Source: Octopus bimaculoides
Lineage: Eukaryota
Direction: 5' to 3'
Assembly: GCF_001194135.2 (NCBI RefSeq)
Contig: NC_068988.1
Span: forward strand, 69,046,080-69,110,079
Length of the DNA: 64,000 nucleotides
Part shown: one piece after another, positions 1 to 13,087 of the stretch
Numbering within the stretch: position 1 is the first letter of the stretch
How the letters are laid out: each line of letters begins with the position of its first letter
Notes under the pieces: model-generated
Databases searched by the model: none
What the model was told of the DNA's origin: nothing
What the model saw: only the letters and a program-made list of their open reading frames with translations
Program-made: the position numbers and the translations under genes

Positions 1-768
1 CTAATCTAAAATCTACTTACAAATAATTATGACATTAATAAAATTATTAATTCTAAGGTTTACATACAACAGTTCCATATTTTTTAAACTCAATATTACT
101 AAATTCACTTAGGTTATCATGCTTACAATAATCTAATCAATTGATCAAGCTTATTCAATTACTTTAATTTACTAAACACATCTTACATTGACTGTTACTA
201 AGTATGATTAGGATAATTATTATAAACATTAATCTGAACTACAATATTTGCTATTTTGTTGTATTGTATTATTTGCATCAACACTTGATCATGTCATTTT
301 ATCATGTTCCATGAAAATGTCTATATCAATTGCAACTTGATTGTTAATTGTCTATAAAATGTGGTTCATTCATAGTTATGCTAAACAGTCTTGGCATTCC
401 TCACATATATAATGCATCAACATATTTAGTCATAACTGAGCATGAACTTGTGTGTGTGTTTGTGTACATACAAACAAATAAGCAATGTATTAATGTGTAT
501 ATATGTCTACAGAGATGCATTTTATAGTGTATGAACGTATGAGTATGTGTATATAAGCGTACCAAGATACACAGATTGCATCAGTTATTTGAGAACAAAA
601 TTTTAATTTTAAACAAAACAATTTATTAAATAAAACAATATATCTTTATAGAATTTGGTACACATGTTCTTACAAAGATATAGCAAAAGGTATAGCTTTA
701 GTCTGAATGATAAACTCAGGACATTACAGATGTTGGTCACAATTTGTTGTCAATATTCTTACAACACA

Positions 769-970
769 GGGTGGCAAGCTGGCAGAAACGTTAGCACCCG
801 GGCGAAATGCTTAGTAGTATTTCATCTGTCTTTACATTCTGAGTTCAAATTCCACCAAGGTTGATTTTGCCTTTCATCCTTTCGTGGGGTGGGATGATAA
901 ATTAAGTACCAGTTGCATGCTGGAGTCGATCTAATTGACTGGCCTTGTACCTAGAGCAGAAAAGAATATT
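769..970 (+). mobile_element. tRNA-derived SINE, family A
   Basis: Head GGTGGCAAGCTGGCAGAAACGTTAGC with A-box-like and B-box-like (GAGTTCAAATTCC) motifs; body GCCTTTCATCCTTTC...AAGTACCAGTT; more than 10 related copies in the window. Confidence 0.85.
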
Positions 971-1486
971 CTTACAAGACCCAACTTCAGAAAGTATATT
1001 ATAACACTTTGCTTCTTGACCTAATATCAATTTTTAAAATTCTTTTCCCTCTTTATATCTACAATCCTTTTGACATTCAGTTTTTTCTCTCCTTTTTTTC
1101 TTTTATTTCCCCCTAGAATATTCAAACTATATTAAAGTCGGTTTGAACAGAGACATATTTCCAATTTTTTCTGACAATATGATGCATGTAAGTTATATAA
1201 TTATGATTACATAATTATAATTGTTGTTGAAATGTTATGCAACAATTTTGAAACAACTGTAGAAGTATTTATTCAGAATACCACTGATAATGTTTTCTGT
1301 TCATTTAAATATATTATACTGTTCAGTTTTTATAGCCTGTTCTGCCCAATATATAGCCTTGTATATAAATATCTACTTTTCAAACAATTTTTTGAAGTTC
1401 AATATGTAATAGAATGCTCTCAAATATATCTGGTTATTTATCCTGCTTCAGCACTACATCATAAAGAGAAAATATACTCACACATA

Positions 1487-1502
1487 CACACACGCACACA
1501 CA

Positions 1503-1556
<54 letters not shown>
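1487..1556. repeat. (CA)n microsatellite
   Basis: Direct reading; source of the HTHTHT ORF. Confidence 0.98.
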
Positions 1557-1558
<2 letters not shown>

Positions 1559-2939
1559 GAACAATAATTAAGGAGAACACTGGTGGAACAAGATTTAACG
1601 AATACATTACTATCTTAACACTTTAATGGAAAAAGAATGCGTCTCAACGTTTTGGATATTAGTCCTTCATCAGAAGGAAAGTGAAAGGCATAGGAGCAAT
1701 GAGAGAGAAATACTCACAAAAAATAAAGAGCAATTTTTTAAAGTAATATATATAATATATGCTCTCAAATATATCTGGTTATTTATCCTGCTTCAGCACT
1801 ACATCATAAAGTGAAAATATACAGGCATACTTACACACACACACAAATGCAAATGCGTGTGTGCATACAAGAAGATAGGATAGGGTGTGTGAGTATATGC
1901 AAATATTGGAGAGTATATGTGTCTGTGAGTGGCATAATGGGAAGTGGATTATGTGTGTGTATGTGTGTAGTTTTGTGGGGTGTGTCTATGCCTGTTGAAG
2001 TGTGGAAGTATAGTCGAGCAGGTAAGTTAAGATGTGCTGCTGGTGTATATATGTAAGATTTAAGTGAGTAGTAAGCAAGTGTGAATGTGAAGTGATAAGA
2101 CCAGGTGCAAGTGAGAGTGGGGGAAATGATGTGAGGGAAACGGAAAGTTAGAAGAATGTGAAAGCTATGATAGCTGTATATGCAAGTGTATGAGTGTGAA
2201 ACATATAAGCACAGAAGAATTGTTTAAACCAAAGTAAACAATAGAAAAGAAAGGTATTAATACTGTGCAAAGACAAAATGTGAAAGGAAATGATCAAAAT
2301 ATTTTCAGTGCAAAACACTAATAAAATGCCCATTGAGATTTGATGGAGTGCTCAAAGTATATTAAAGAACTGAGGAAATCTACAGAAATATAAATTGATA
2401 ACAGTGATGAGGATCTGGTAAAGTCCATGGAGGAGAAATAGTTGTATCTGTATTGAACATGTTAAAATATCTGAAATGATGAGGTTGCATGCTTGTCCTA
2501 AATGCACATCAACAGATTTGAATGCACACATGCTAGTCACATACAGATCACACTGTACACAGTGCAAAAGAATGTCTTTTTATCCACTGGCAGACATCAT
2601 CACTGATTGACAAACAGTTCAGTCCATTCACTGTAATTATAAATAAAGCTAGTGGCTTGCTTAGGCTCAAAGAACTGGTTACTTCTGGCAAACAAGACTT
2701 AGCATATGAGAACACTGGTATTCCAGAATTCTTTGTACCAATGAGCTGAGTTTATTATGAATATCTTGTCACATAAAAGGGTGAAGTCATTCTCCTGTGA
2801 TGTACACAACAGCAATTATTAACATTTGAATCTGCTGGAACATATTTAGAATGAATAGGCAAATTCATTAATTGTACATATCTATGTGTGTATATACATG
2901 CATATACATATGTGTGTGTGTGTGTGTGTGTGTGCATGA

Positions 2940-3324
2940 TGTTGTTGGCACTCCGTCGCTTACGACGTCGAGGGTTCCAGTTGATCCGATCAACGGAACA
3001 GCCTGCTCGGGAAATTAACATGCAAGTGGCTGAGCACTCCACAGACACGTGTACCCTTAACGTAGTTCTCGGGGATATTCAGTGTGACACAGTGTGACAA
3101 GGCTGACCCTTTGAATTACAGGCACAACAGAAACAGGAAGTAAGAGTGAGAGAAAGTTGTGGTGAAAGAGTACAGTAGGGTTCGCCACCATCCCCTGCCA
3201 GAGCCTCATGGAGCTTTAGGTGTTTTCGCTCAATAAACACTCGCAACGCCTGGTCTGGGAATTGAAACCGCGATCCTATGACCGCGAGTCCGCTGCCCTA
3301 ACCACTGGGCCATTGTGCCTCCAC
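2940..3324 (-). mobile_element. tRNA-derived SINE, family B (near full length)
   Basis: Minus strand begins GTGGAGGCACAATGGCCCAGTGGTTAGGGCAGCGGACTCGCGG with A-box and B-box-like motifs and ends in a (CAA) tail; homologous copies at 45661-45980 and 47319-47684. Confidence 0.9.
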
Positions 3325-3868
3325 ATATCTATGTGTGTATATACATGCATATACATATGAGTGAGTGTGAGTGTGTGTGTATGTGTGTGTGTGTACATAT
3401 ACATATTATATACTTGAATCTTTGTACACATATTTCCTTTCAACTATTTCTCTGTATGGTGTTGATAATTTCTGCACACTGAATCTTTCTATGCGACTTC
3501 AATAATACTGATTGATTTTTACATCTGAATTAATATTTGTTGGCAGATGCACATGGTGTTGTAGACTATTCTGACTTTGCACCAGCGCTGCATATACCAG
3601 AAACTTCAGGAACAAACTTGACTTTGGAATTTTGACAGTTAGCACAACCAATTTCATACACTTGAATATGCAAAATAGCAAAAAATTTATAACTCAATTT
3701 TTCTGAAGTTGCACTCATATTCAGCATAACAATGCTGTACATAGCACACATGTACATATATTCACACATAAATACATACGTGCAAGCATAACTATATATA
3801 TATAACTACACACACATATATACAGACGCATGCATACATTTATGCATGCACACACTCATATATACACA

Positions 3869-3908
<40 letters not shown>

Positions 3909-3938
3909 CATGTGTGNNNNNNNNNNCATATATACACA

Positions 3939-3978
<40 letters not shown>

Positions 3979-4417
3979 CATGTGTGTGTGTGCTTCATAG
4001 GAACAAATCGATTCTTCAGTTTGATATGGTAATAGTCTGAATGTAAGAACATGGCAAATGTCAAAAACAGATGCTATTTATATTTGATATGGCCAGGTGA
4101 TAACCTCAGGTGAATGGTTATTATATTCTCAGAGAATATATGAACTGTTTAAGTAATCGGAGTGTAATTCCTGGAAAGTTTACATGACTGTGATGTAATT
4201 TTCTTTCGAAAGTTCTTCTGGCAGCTCTGATATCACTACTATTATTCATCTCACTTCTGCAGTTTTGTTGTAGTTAAAGAGTATACTGAGCATTCTATTA
4301 GTTAATGACCTGAGTATTGTATCAAAAGTGTCCAACTCTTTTGATAAATTAATCTTTGCAAATACTTTGACAAAAGATAATACATTTTGTCTCCTACTCA
4401 GAGGCAAGTGTAAGCTT

Positions 4418-4800
4418 ACATTATATTATTGTCTCTGCTAAACTACATTATATTAGTGATTATAGTACACTATATTATATTAGTGACTACACCAACATAC
4501 ATTATCATTGACAACACCAGAATATATTATATTAGTGACTACAATAAACTATATTGTACTAGTTACAGCACCAGACTATATCATATTAGTGACTAGATCA
4601 AGCTACATAATGGTAGTGACAACAACAAACTATATTATATCAGTAACTACAGTAGACTATATCCTGCTAGTGACAACACCACAATATATTATATTAGTGA
4701 CCTTGTCACTAACATAATATACTACATTACATCCTTCACTACAGTATACTATATTGTATTAGTCGCCACACCAAACTACATTATTTTGGTGATTACACCA
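4418..4800 (+). repeat. Degenerate 27-bp minisatellite, about 14 units
   Basis: Consensus GTGACTACACCAAACTATATTATATTA; translation repeats every 9 aa (TTPEYIILV TTINYIVLV TAPDYIILV ...). Confidence 0.9.
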
Positions 4801-7529
4801 ATCTCATTTTAAATATTCTCCAGGCAGTGTGTACTATTTTCTTCTTATTTCCTTAACACAACTATTTTTTTTTATTTCAATAGTATGTTTTCTCCAGTAA
4901 TTAAGAAAGTAGCTCTTAAATATGTGGTGTTTTTTTTTCTCTTCATAACCTGAAGACAGTAAATAATAAATTCAATCATGATGCTGGTGTTTGGAATAAT
5001 TTGTTCTTACATGAAGTTATGATAAAAGGTTTTAATTAAATATGAACAATTAAAAACAACTACGTGTTTTGATAGAGTCTGATATAGTCTTTGATGGATT
5101 GGTATAAAGAGAGACTTAAACAAGTAAATCATGTGTTTATATAAAAATGATTGTTACGCCTTTATTTATAAACAGCACTTTTAGTGGAGAAATCTGAAAT
5201 CTTTTCCAGGTCAGTATGATTTCTCTAGACATTTAAACAAATAATTTTGTCGTTTTTCCCTCTCTGCTTACACTCACTTTACTAAACATTTTATGAAATT
5301 TTTTAAAAAATCATTTACGACATAGTTCATGAAGATGATGATGCAAGCTAGACAAAAATTGGCAAAAAACGATAAATAAAAAATAATTTTTTCTGTGAAG
5401 TTATTAGTCACATCTCCACTCCCAGTATGAAATAATAAAAGTGTTTGTCAAGAAGAACAGCCAGCAATATCTGCTACATCAATCACTTAGTCTCATAAGT
5501 TTCTATTCTCATACACCACATCCTCACCATAAATTGATGGCTAGAGAGCAGCTGTCTAGAAAAAAAAAAGGGGTTTAACCACAAATGACTCATATTTACT
5601 CATTTTCTGCTCCTCTGCATTGTGAAGAGCAGCTCCCATGTATATGTCTGAAGTAACATGGATGGTTCTAAAGAATGTGTTGCAGCATGGAGCACTCCAT
5701 GTCCTGACACATAGCATCCTTGATAAGAAACAACCCATACTCAAGCGAAATTGAGTTTTCTCTTTGCCAGATGGATGCCATTGCTATAATAGTGGTCAAT
5801 AAAGCCCATCTGTAGTATGAATGAACTGCTTATGGTATCAGCAAGACATTATATTTATACATTATGGGAATCTATTTTCGAGAAACCAAATCTGAATCAG
5901 TACCACAGAAATTGATTTAGCAAAGGTTTTATCATCATCCAGTTGAAATATATGGAGTTAACACATTTATAATTTAGTACTGGTTGTACTTTTTGTTATA
6001 AGTAGTAGATCAAGATGAAGCACCTAGCCATTTTTTATATTAGTGTGATCTGTTTGGCTATATTAGACTCTGTTTCATATAGTTAAATATATCTGGTATC
6101 ATTATCTTTTGTTTCTATCATTAGACTGCAGCCATGCAGGAACACCACCTTGAAAGATTTAGACAAACAAATCAACCCTTGTACTCATTTTTTAAGCTTG
6201 ATACTTATTCTGTATGTATGTCAAACCATTAAATTATGGAGATGTAAACAAACCAACACCAGTTGTCAAGTGTGGTGGGAGAAAAATACAAGCACGTGCA
6301 CACATACGCATATACCAGCCAAATCTTGCTGTCACAATATATAGAATATCACCTCTCACCAAAAAAGTGCAGTGCACTGAAATAAACAGTCTAGCAGTTT
6401 CGACATCCATACCAGATGTTTCTCATCTACTACAATATGTCTGTGCTTTTATACTCCATGCATCTATATGAGACGACCTTTCAAGGCAAATACTACAGTA
6501 TTCGGCATTCTAAGAAGACATCCACATTAAGTTAGGTATGAAGATTGTCTTTTGGTACTAATACTACTTCCATAACTAATAGTTATATTTCAATAAGCCT
6601 GATGGCTCTTTGTAACATCAGTGACTCGAAAGACACTGATATATCACGACAGGAAGATTTAGTTGGTATGTGATCACCAGATACCTACCTCTGAAACCCT
6701 ATGATCTGGCAGCTCCAGCACCCATATCAAATGATTCTCATCTACTACAAAATATGTCTGTGCTTTTATGCCCCATGCTTTTCTATGAGTGGACCACTTG
6801 TGGTGAATAATGCAGTGTTCAACATTCTGTCAAGACAACCATATTGGATATGTATAAACACATGTATGTAGATATATATGCACACATATATATGTACACA
6901 CATACAGCATACATACATATACACATAACCTATCCTATTATGTTGGCATTAATGCAGGGACATGTTAAAAGCATTATAGGCCCCGGGACAAATCAATATA
7001 CTGGGCCCCATCGTATTTATTTACTGATAGCAAATCCCTGGACAACTGCCCACTGTACTCCGTATATAAGAGAGCGCTGTGTTAATGTATGCAAAATGCA
7101 ATATTTAGATATACGAAAATTAACACGTCCTTTTATGATACTGATCAGTTATCTCACAGAATCAAAAGTAGTACTATATTAAATAAGTGCTGTGAGAGAG
7201 CTTTATTATCTCATGCAAGAATGTAAACAACAGACGTAAATATTAACTCACCATCAACCAGCAAGTGTTGACCTCTTCATTAATGGTCATTTAACATGTA
7301 GAACAAACTGATAAAGATTCTCACTGGTGTAAATCTTAACTGACCATCAACCTACAAGTGCTGACCTCTATATTGATGGCCATTTAATGACTCTGGTAAA
7401 CCAATTATTACTGCTGCACATACTTAATGTATCTGGCTGCAGACTCAATACAAAAATTAGTCTCAAATATTTTACATTGCCTTATTTGATTCACATCATT
7501 CTTCAAAAATGAACACATGCATGCTCAAA

Positions 7530-7762
7530 CACACACATACACACACACGCTCACGCACAAACACACACACACACACATACACACGTACATGTACACACCT
7601 ACTACCCACACACTCACCCGTAAAAATGAATACATACACACATACCCCCTACACACACCCTTACATGCACATACAACATGCACGTAACCCTATATACACA
7701 TGCACATACATATCCCTAGATACAAACACACATACATATCCCTACATATACACACATGTCTG

Positions 7763-7797
<35 letters not shown>

Positions 7798-7800
7798 ACA
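7530..7800. repeat. AC-rich low-complexity tract with (CA)n
   Basis: Direct reading. Confidence 0.9.
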
Positions 7801-8414
7801 CTCTAACTCTCCAATTAATTCAGAAGTACAGAATCTTGGCTGCTGTTTCAAGCAGTTTAAGCTACTAGATAGACATTAAGATACATTGGACAATGTATCT
7901 CTGAGTACATAGTGTCTGGTAATAAGATATGACAGTTAGGACATGATCTTTAGGATTGGATTTACATGTAACTGACAGTTATGTGTTTGTATAACCATAT
8001 CTTAAATTGTGTACATGTGCAACCAAGCACACATCTGAGCATTCTTAGAGACATTTGGTGTTGTAAAACTCCATTTGAAGATATTGTCTTTTTAGTTCAG
8101 TGTTTTGTTTTAGCTTTAATTTTACAAATAATCTATTTTTAAATGTCATTTATATTCTTAAACTTGTAGCATTTGTGTTGGAAAGTCCGTGGCACTATCA
8201 ACCCCTAATTTTGTTTAACTGTTTGTTTGGTTTTTCAAGAAATGTTTAATCTTATTTCATTTACATCTGTTTTATTTTGTTTGTTATTTTTCTGAGGAGA
8301 GCTTTTATTGTCTTTTTGAAGAAATTATGTCCACATTGTTTTATGTTCAATCCTCTTTTGTGACTTTTTGTTTATCTATTTTTACATTTTGTGTTTTCAC
8401 CTACCATTTATATA

Positions 8415-8495
8415 TAGCCTTACATCTGCAATTATCATTTCTTCCTCGTTGCACAATGATAGTATAATATGACAGGTTGAAATTGTTAGGGGTGT
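8415..8495 (-). mobile_element. Possible highly degraded Penelope-like RT fragment
   Basis: Minus translation PNNFNLSYYILSLCNEEEMIIADVR loosely resembles the Penelope-like NNLT..E..ALxSL.N..III..ADKG region; weak. Confidence 0.2.
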
Positions 8496-9133
8496 GGTGT
8501 TTGCACATCTTTTTTTATACTTGTCGTAAAGATATCTAACTTCCTATACATGAATGAGTCTTGACTAGAAGTGCATTAGAAACATTGTTGTTCTTTTTGA
8601 TGTTGTAATTCATTATCGTTATTGTTTTTGTTTAGTCTTCCAAGTTCTTTCACACATTCAAGTTTACTCTGACAAATGTAGCAGCCCAGTTTCTGCCCTC
8701 TATAATAAATATCATGCTGTTGTTGATGCTAGTACTGTTGCTTTTTGTTGTAGTTGTTGTTGTCATTGTTGTTTTTTGTATCAGTTTGTTCTTCCTTTAC
8801 TACTACCAATGGTAGTCAAGCGAGTAATGTTTGAGTCAAGGCCAGAGATTTAACCAGTATTAGGCAGAGGAATCATTCCCCCTCCTACCACTTCATACAC
8901 TTTAGTGGATGGGTGTTTTTGGTGTCACCATGATTTTAAATATTAAAATCTATGACATGATGAAGTTTTTGTTGTCAGAGAGAGTGCCCTTTAGTGTCAA
9001 AAATTACTGTCCCCTACTTCACAAAATATCCAAAAACACTAAATAAAAATAACTTATTTCAAACAAAAACAACAAAACTTTTATGAGCCAAAGTGAAGCA
9101 CATCCAACACATAACAACAACAACAATAATAAT

Positions 9134-9346
9134 CTCAAATATTGGCACAAGGCCAGCAATTTCAGGGAGGGGGTCAGTCAACTGAATCAACCCCAATGTT
9201 CAACTGGTATTTATTTTATCAACCCTGAGAGGATGAATGGAAAAACTGACCTTGGTGGAATTTGAACTCAGGACATGAAGATGGATGGAAGACCACTATG
9301 CATTTTTCCCACTGGCATGCTAATGGTTCTGCCCACTTGCTGCCTT
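9134..9346 (-). mobile_element. SINE family A
   Basis: Reverse complement of family A (GGAATTTGAACTCAG, CAACTGGTA...ATCAACCC); a second partial copy follows at about 9372-9546. Confidence 0.8.
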
Positions 9347-9546
9347 AATTACAGTAACAGTTGTAATAAGACCAGCAGGGGAAGAGCGTAAGTAAATTAC
9401 ATTAACCCCAGTACTCAACTGGTACTTATTTTATCAACCCCAACAGGATGAAAAGTACAGTTGACCTCTATTAAATTTGAACTCAGAATGAGAAGATCGA
9501 CGAGATATCATTATGCCTTTTGCCTGGTGTGCTACCAATTCTGCCA

Positions 9547-9581
<35 letters not shown>

Positions 9582-9584
<3 letters not shown>

Positions 9585-10030
9585 ATTTAAGGCAAATAGA
9601 CCAGATATAGTTGTCAAAGATCATGAAGGAAAAAAATGCTTTCTAATTGATGTATCAATACCGGCAGATGACAACGTTTCTCTAAAAGAAATGGAAAAAC
9701 TTTCAAAATACAAAGACCTGGAAATAGAGGTAACTCGAATGTGGAATCTAAAAACAGAAACAATTCCTATCATAGTAGGTGCCTTAGGTATAATAAAAAA
9801 AATATTCAGACAAATGCATTACAAAAACACCAGGACTTACAAATATATATAACATACAGAAAATTGCACTACTGGGCACTGCACACATCCTACGCAAAAC
9901 ACTTTCAATACAGTAACCATAAGAACACCACAGCAAACCACAGCACATACCCAAGGCGCACAGAGCTGCGCTCGGTAGTGAAGTGAAAGCACGTTATAAA
10001 AATAAAACTACTGAACAATAATAATAATAA
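9582..10030 (+). mobile_element. R4/Dong-like non-LTR retrotransposon, 5'-truncated 3' end (restriction-like endonuclease)
   Basis: ANRPDIVVKDHEGKKCFLIDVSIPADDNVSLKEMEKLSKYKDLEIEVTRMWNLKTETIPIIVGALG followed, after a frameshift, by IQKIALLGTAHILRKTLS; 3' UTR ends in (AAT)n; starts right after (ATG)n at 9547-9582. Clade assignment inferred from motifs. Confidence 0.9.
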
Positions 10031-10035
10031 ACTAG

Positions 10036-10250
10036 TGGAATTGTTTGCATGCTGGATGAAATGCTTAGCAGCATTTCATCTGCCGTTTCATTCTGAGTTC
10101 AAATTCCGCTAAGATGAACTTTGCCTTTCAACTTTTCAGGGTCGATTGAATAAATACTAGTTACGCGCTGGGGTTGATGTAATCGACTTAATCCCTTTGT
10201 TTGTCCCCTCTATGTTTAGCCCACTGTGGGCAATAAATAAATAAATAATA
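10036..10250 (+). mobile_element. SINE family A, subfamily with alternative 3' end
   Basis: GAGTTCAAATTCC B-box; 3' end TTTGTCCCCTCTATGTTTAGCCC...AATAAA shared with 59405-59650. Confidence 0.8.
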
Positions 10251-10269
10251 ATAATAGTAATAATACTAA

Positions 10270-10775
<506 letters not shown>

Positions 10776-10799
10776 TAAAGAGTAATAACAGTAATAATT

Positions 10800-11540
10800 A
10801 CAATAAAGCCAATAAAGAATCCTGGAGATGGTTTAGACAGAGTTTTTTAAAGAAGGAGATGGAAGAACTGAGTTTTGCTGCTCAAGAACAAGCTTTATGG
10901 ACTAACTCAGACAAATGTTGCGCAGATCAGACAGCAGCATCAACTTTGTGTAAATTATGTGGAAAATCATATGAGACACTTAGACATAGAATTAGTGGAA
11001 GCTCGAAAGTAGCCCAAAAGGAATACAAAAAACACCATGGCAAAGCGGCAGTGCAAATGCACTAGATGTGCAAGAAGTATGGGCAAGAGTGTTCCAGCAA
11101 GTGGTAGGATCACCAACCTTTGTCAGTAGCAGCAACTGATCAGATGGAACCCACATGAGATATGCCAATATACACAGTCAAAACACTGCAACATAACCTT
11201 CCGTTGAAGGAGTCCAAAGAATGGACCTGCATCGATGTAATTGTACCTGCAGACCTGCAAAATATTGTTAAGACAGGGGATAAGAAAGTCAGCAAGCACC
11301 AAGACTTAGGACTGGAAGTGAAAGAATTCACAAAGCCTCAAAAGTGAGTGTGGTAATTTGTGATTGGTGCATTTGGGAGCATCTCAAAAAGAGCAATAGT
11401 CTGACATCAAAAGTTGAAAATACCAAACTTCTTAGGAAGTATTCAGATGACAGCAATACTTCAAACGGCTCATGTGTTGAAGAAAGTGTTGCATCTCAAA
11501 GCTATGAGATGGAGGTGAGACATGACATAGACATAGATAA
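10800..11540 (+). mobile_element. Degenerate R4/Dong-like LINE 3' region (CCHC knuckle plus endonuclease)
   Basis: AAQEQALWTN...CKLCGKSYETLRHRISGSSKVAQKEYKKHH, then WTCIDVIVPAD...KVSKHQDLGLEV; multiple stops and frameshifts. Confidence 0.8.
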
Positions 11541-11557
11541 ATCAGTTGCTTGAATAT

Positions 11558-11740
11558 AGATGACAACGACGATGACGACGACGACAGTGATGATGATGAT
11601 GATGATGATGATGGGGAGGGGGGAGGAGGAAGAGGAGGAAAGAAGAAGGAGGAGGAAGGGGAGGAAAAGGAAGAGGAAGGGGAGGAAAAGGAGGAGGAAA
11701 AGGAGGAGAAAAGAAGAAGGAGGGAGGATGATGATGATAA
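11558..11740. repeat. (GAC/GAT)n plus (GAG/GAA)n purine-rich tract
   Basis: Direct reading; source of the poly-D/E and poly-P ORFs. Confidence 0.95.
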
Positions 11741-12296
11741 TTTTTTAATTTATATATGTATTTGTTCATTTATTTTGCTTGTTAAACATTTTCCTGTGGT
11801 TATTTTAATAGCATTTTAATAGCAGTGTAATGATTTATCACATAAGAAATGTGATCAGCAGAATTTTAAAGTTATACTGAAATGAGAGTTAACATTAATA
11901 AATTAATACCAATTGAACAAATATTAACACTTCGATAGATGGCAAACGCAAAATCTTCATTCCATTTATATAATATATTTAAAGATCAATTCTAACAGTT
12001 CTGTCATGTTAGATCTGTAATTATCACACTAATTGTTGTCGCAGTTCTTATATAATTTAACTGCTCTTCTGATTTGCTATCAATTAGATTTTTCACTATT
12101 GTTTTGTAAAATTGAGTTTAATTTTCTGTCAAGTTGTTATGTCATGTTCTATTTAAACTTCAATAAGCAGATTACTGAACCATTCAACTCATTAGAAAAT
12201 ACTTCAACAAATCCGACAAATGTATTAAAAAGTGATTACTTCCGTTATATTTATGATATCTGCTATTTGATTATTACTGATTTCACAAATTTTTAG

Positions 12297-12329
12297 ATAT
12301 GCAGCAATAAATTTTGAAAGACTGGGCAG
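12297..12329 (+). CDS. Candidate 33-nt microexon of an unidentified gene
   Basis: Branch-like TACTGAT, acceptor ...AAATTTTTAG, donor CAG|GTGAGT; only the phase 2-2 frame is open (YAAINFERLG). No homology recognised. Confidence 0.3.
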
Positions 12330-12554
12330 GTGAGTGTTAAATCAATCTCAAAATACGATGGTTGGGTGTCTTTTATTTTTTTGATAAATCATTGTGCTTG
12401 GAAAAATAAAAGACAATATTGATGGCAACAAGATTTGATCTTGGAAATATTTAGTGAAGTAACTCACAGCTGCATTTCATTTTAACAACCACTCTATCAA
12501 TCCTGACAACAGACAAATCTATTATTATTATCGTTATCATTGTTATTATTATTA

Positions 12555-13085
12555 TTGAATGAGAGTCCAGCACATGCCATCAAAGTGACACTGAGGTACA
12601 AATATATGAAGCCATCATGACTACCCCTCTGGGTAGACCAGGCTCATGCATCACAATCATATGTGTGCAACATGGTGATCTCATATCAAGATAGACAGTG
12701 CATGACCTTGCTGTTAGAATTTTCTTCAGGCTAAGTAGCCCATCCCATTCAAAAGGTCCCTGAATAAGGGTTATTTAAGGAGGATGAACAAAACACACGT
12801 TTCCAGAGGTGAATTATTCAAACTTCAAAGAATTCCTCTCAACACATGGCTATGATGTCCCCCCCCCACTACTTCTGCTTGTGATCAGGGATGCACATAT
12901 CGTCAGCCACTAAGGAAAATGCTCAACTGGTTACAGTCAAACAACAGACATGCAAATCTGTGGTACTGAGTAGAATATTTGCTGTAGCCAATTTTTTATA
13001 TCAAGACAAACATGTATATGATAACACTCCCAATCAGTTAAAATAAGAAACCATGAGAGCCAGTGCCAGGTATGGCATCTGGGCA
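12555..13085 (-). mobile_element. Non-coding interspersed element, family G (about 530-570 bp), flanked by (AAT)n
   Basis: Reverse-complement homologue of 29533-30105 over its whole length; no ORF or Pol III box recognised. Confidence 0.8.
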
Positions 13086-13087
13086 TT

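Noticed and set aside
3245-3324. tRNA-like sequences at SINE heads (also 769, 25941, 39196, 59405)
   Set aside because: Fused to repetitive SINE bodies and without a complete acceptor-stem cloverleaf; not tRNA genes.
4418-4800. Possible CRISPR array
   Set aside because: Contiguous degenerate units with no unique spacers, no cas genes, and a eukaryotic context.
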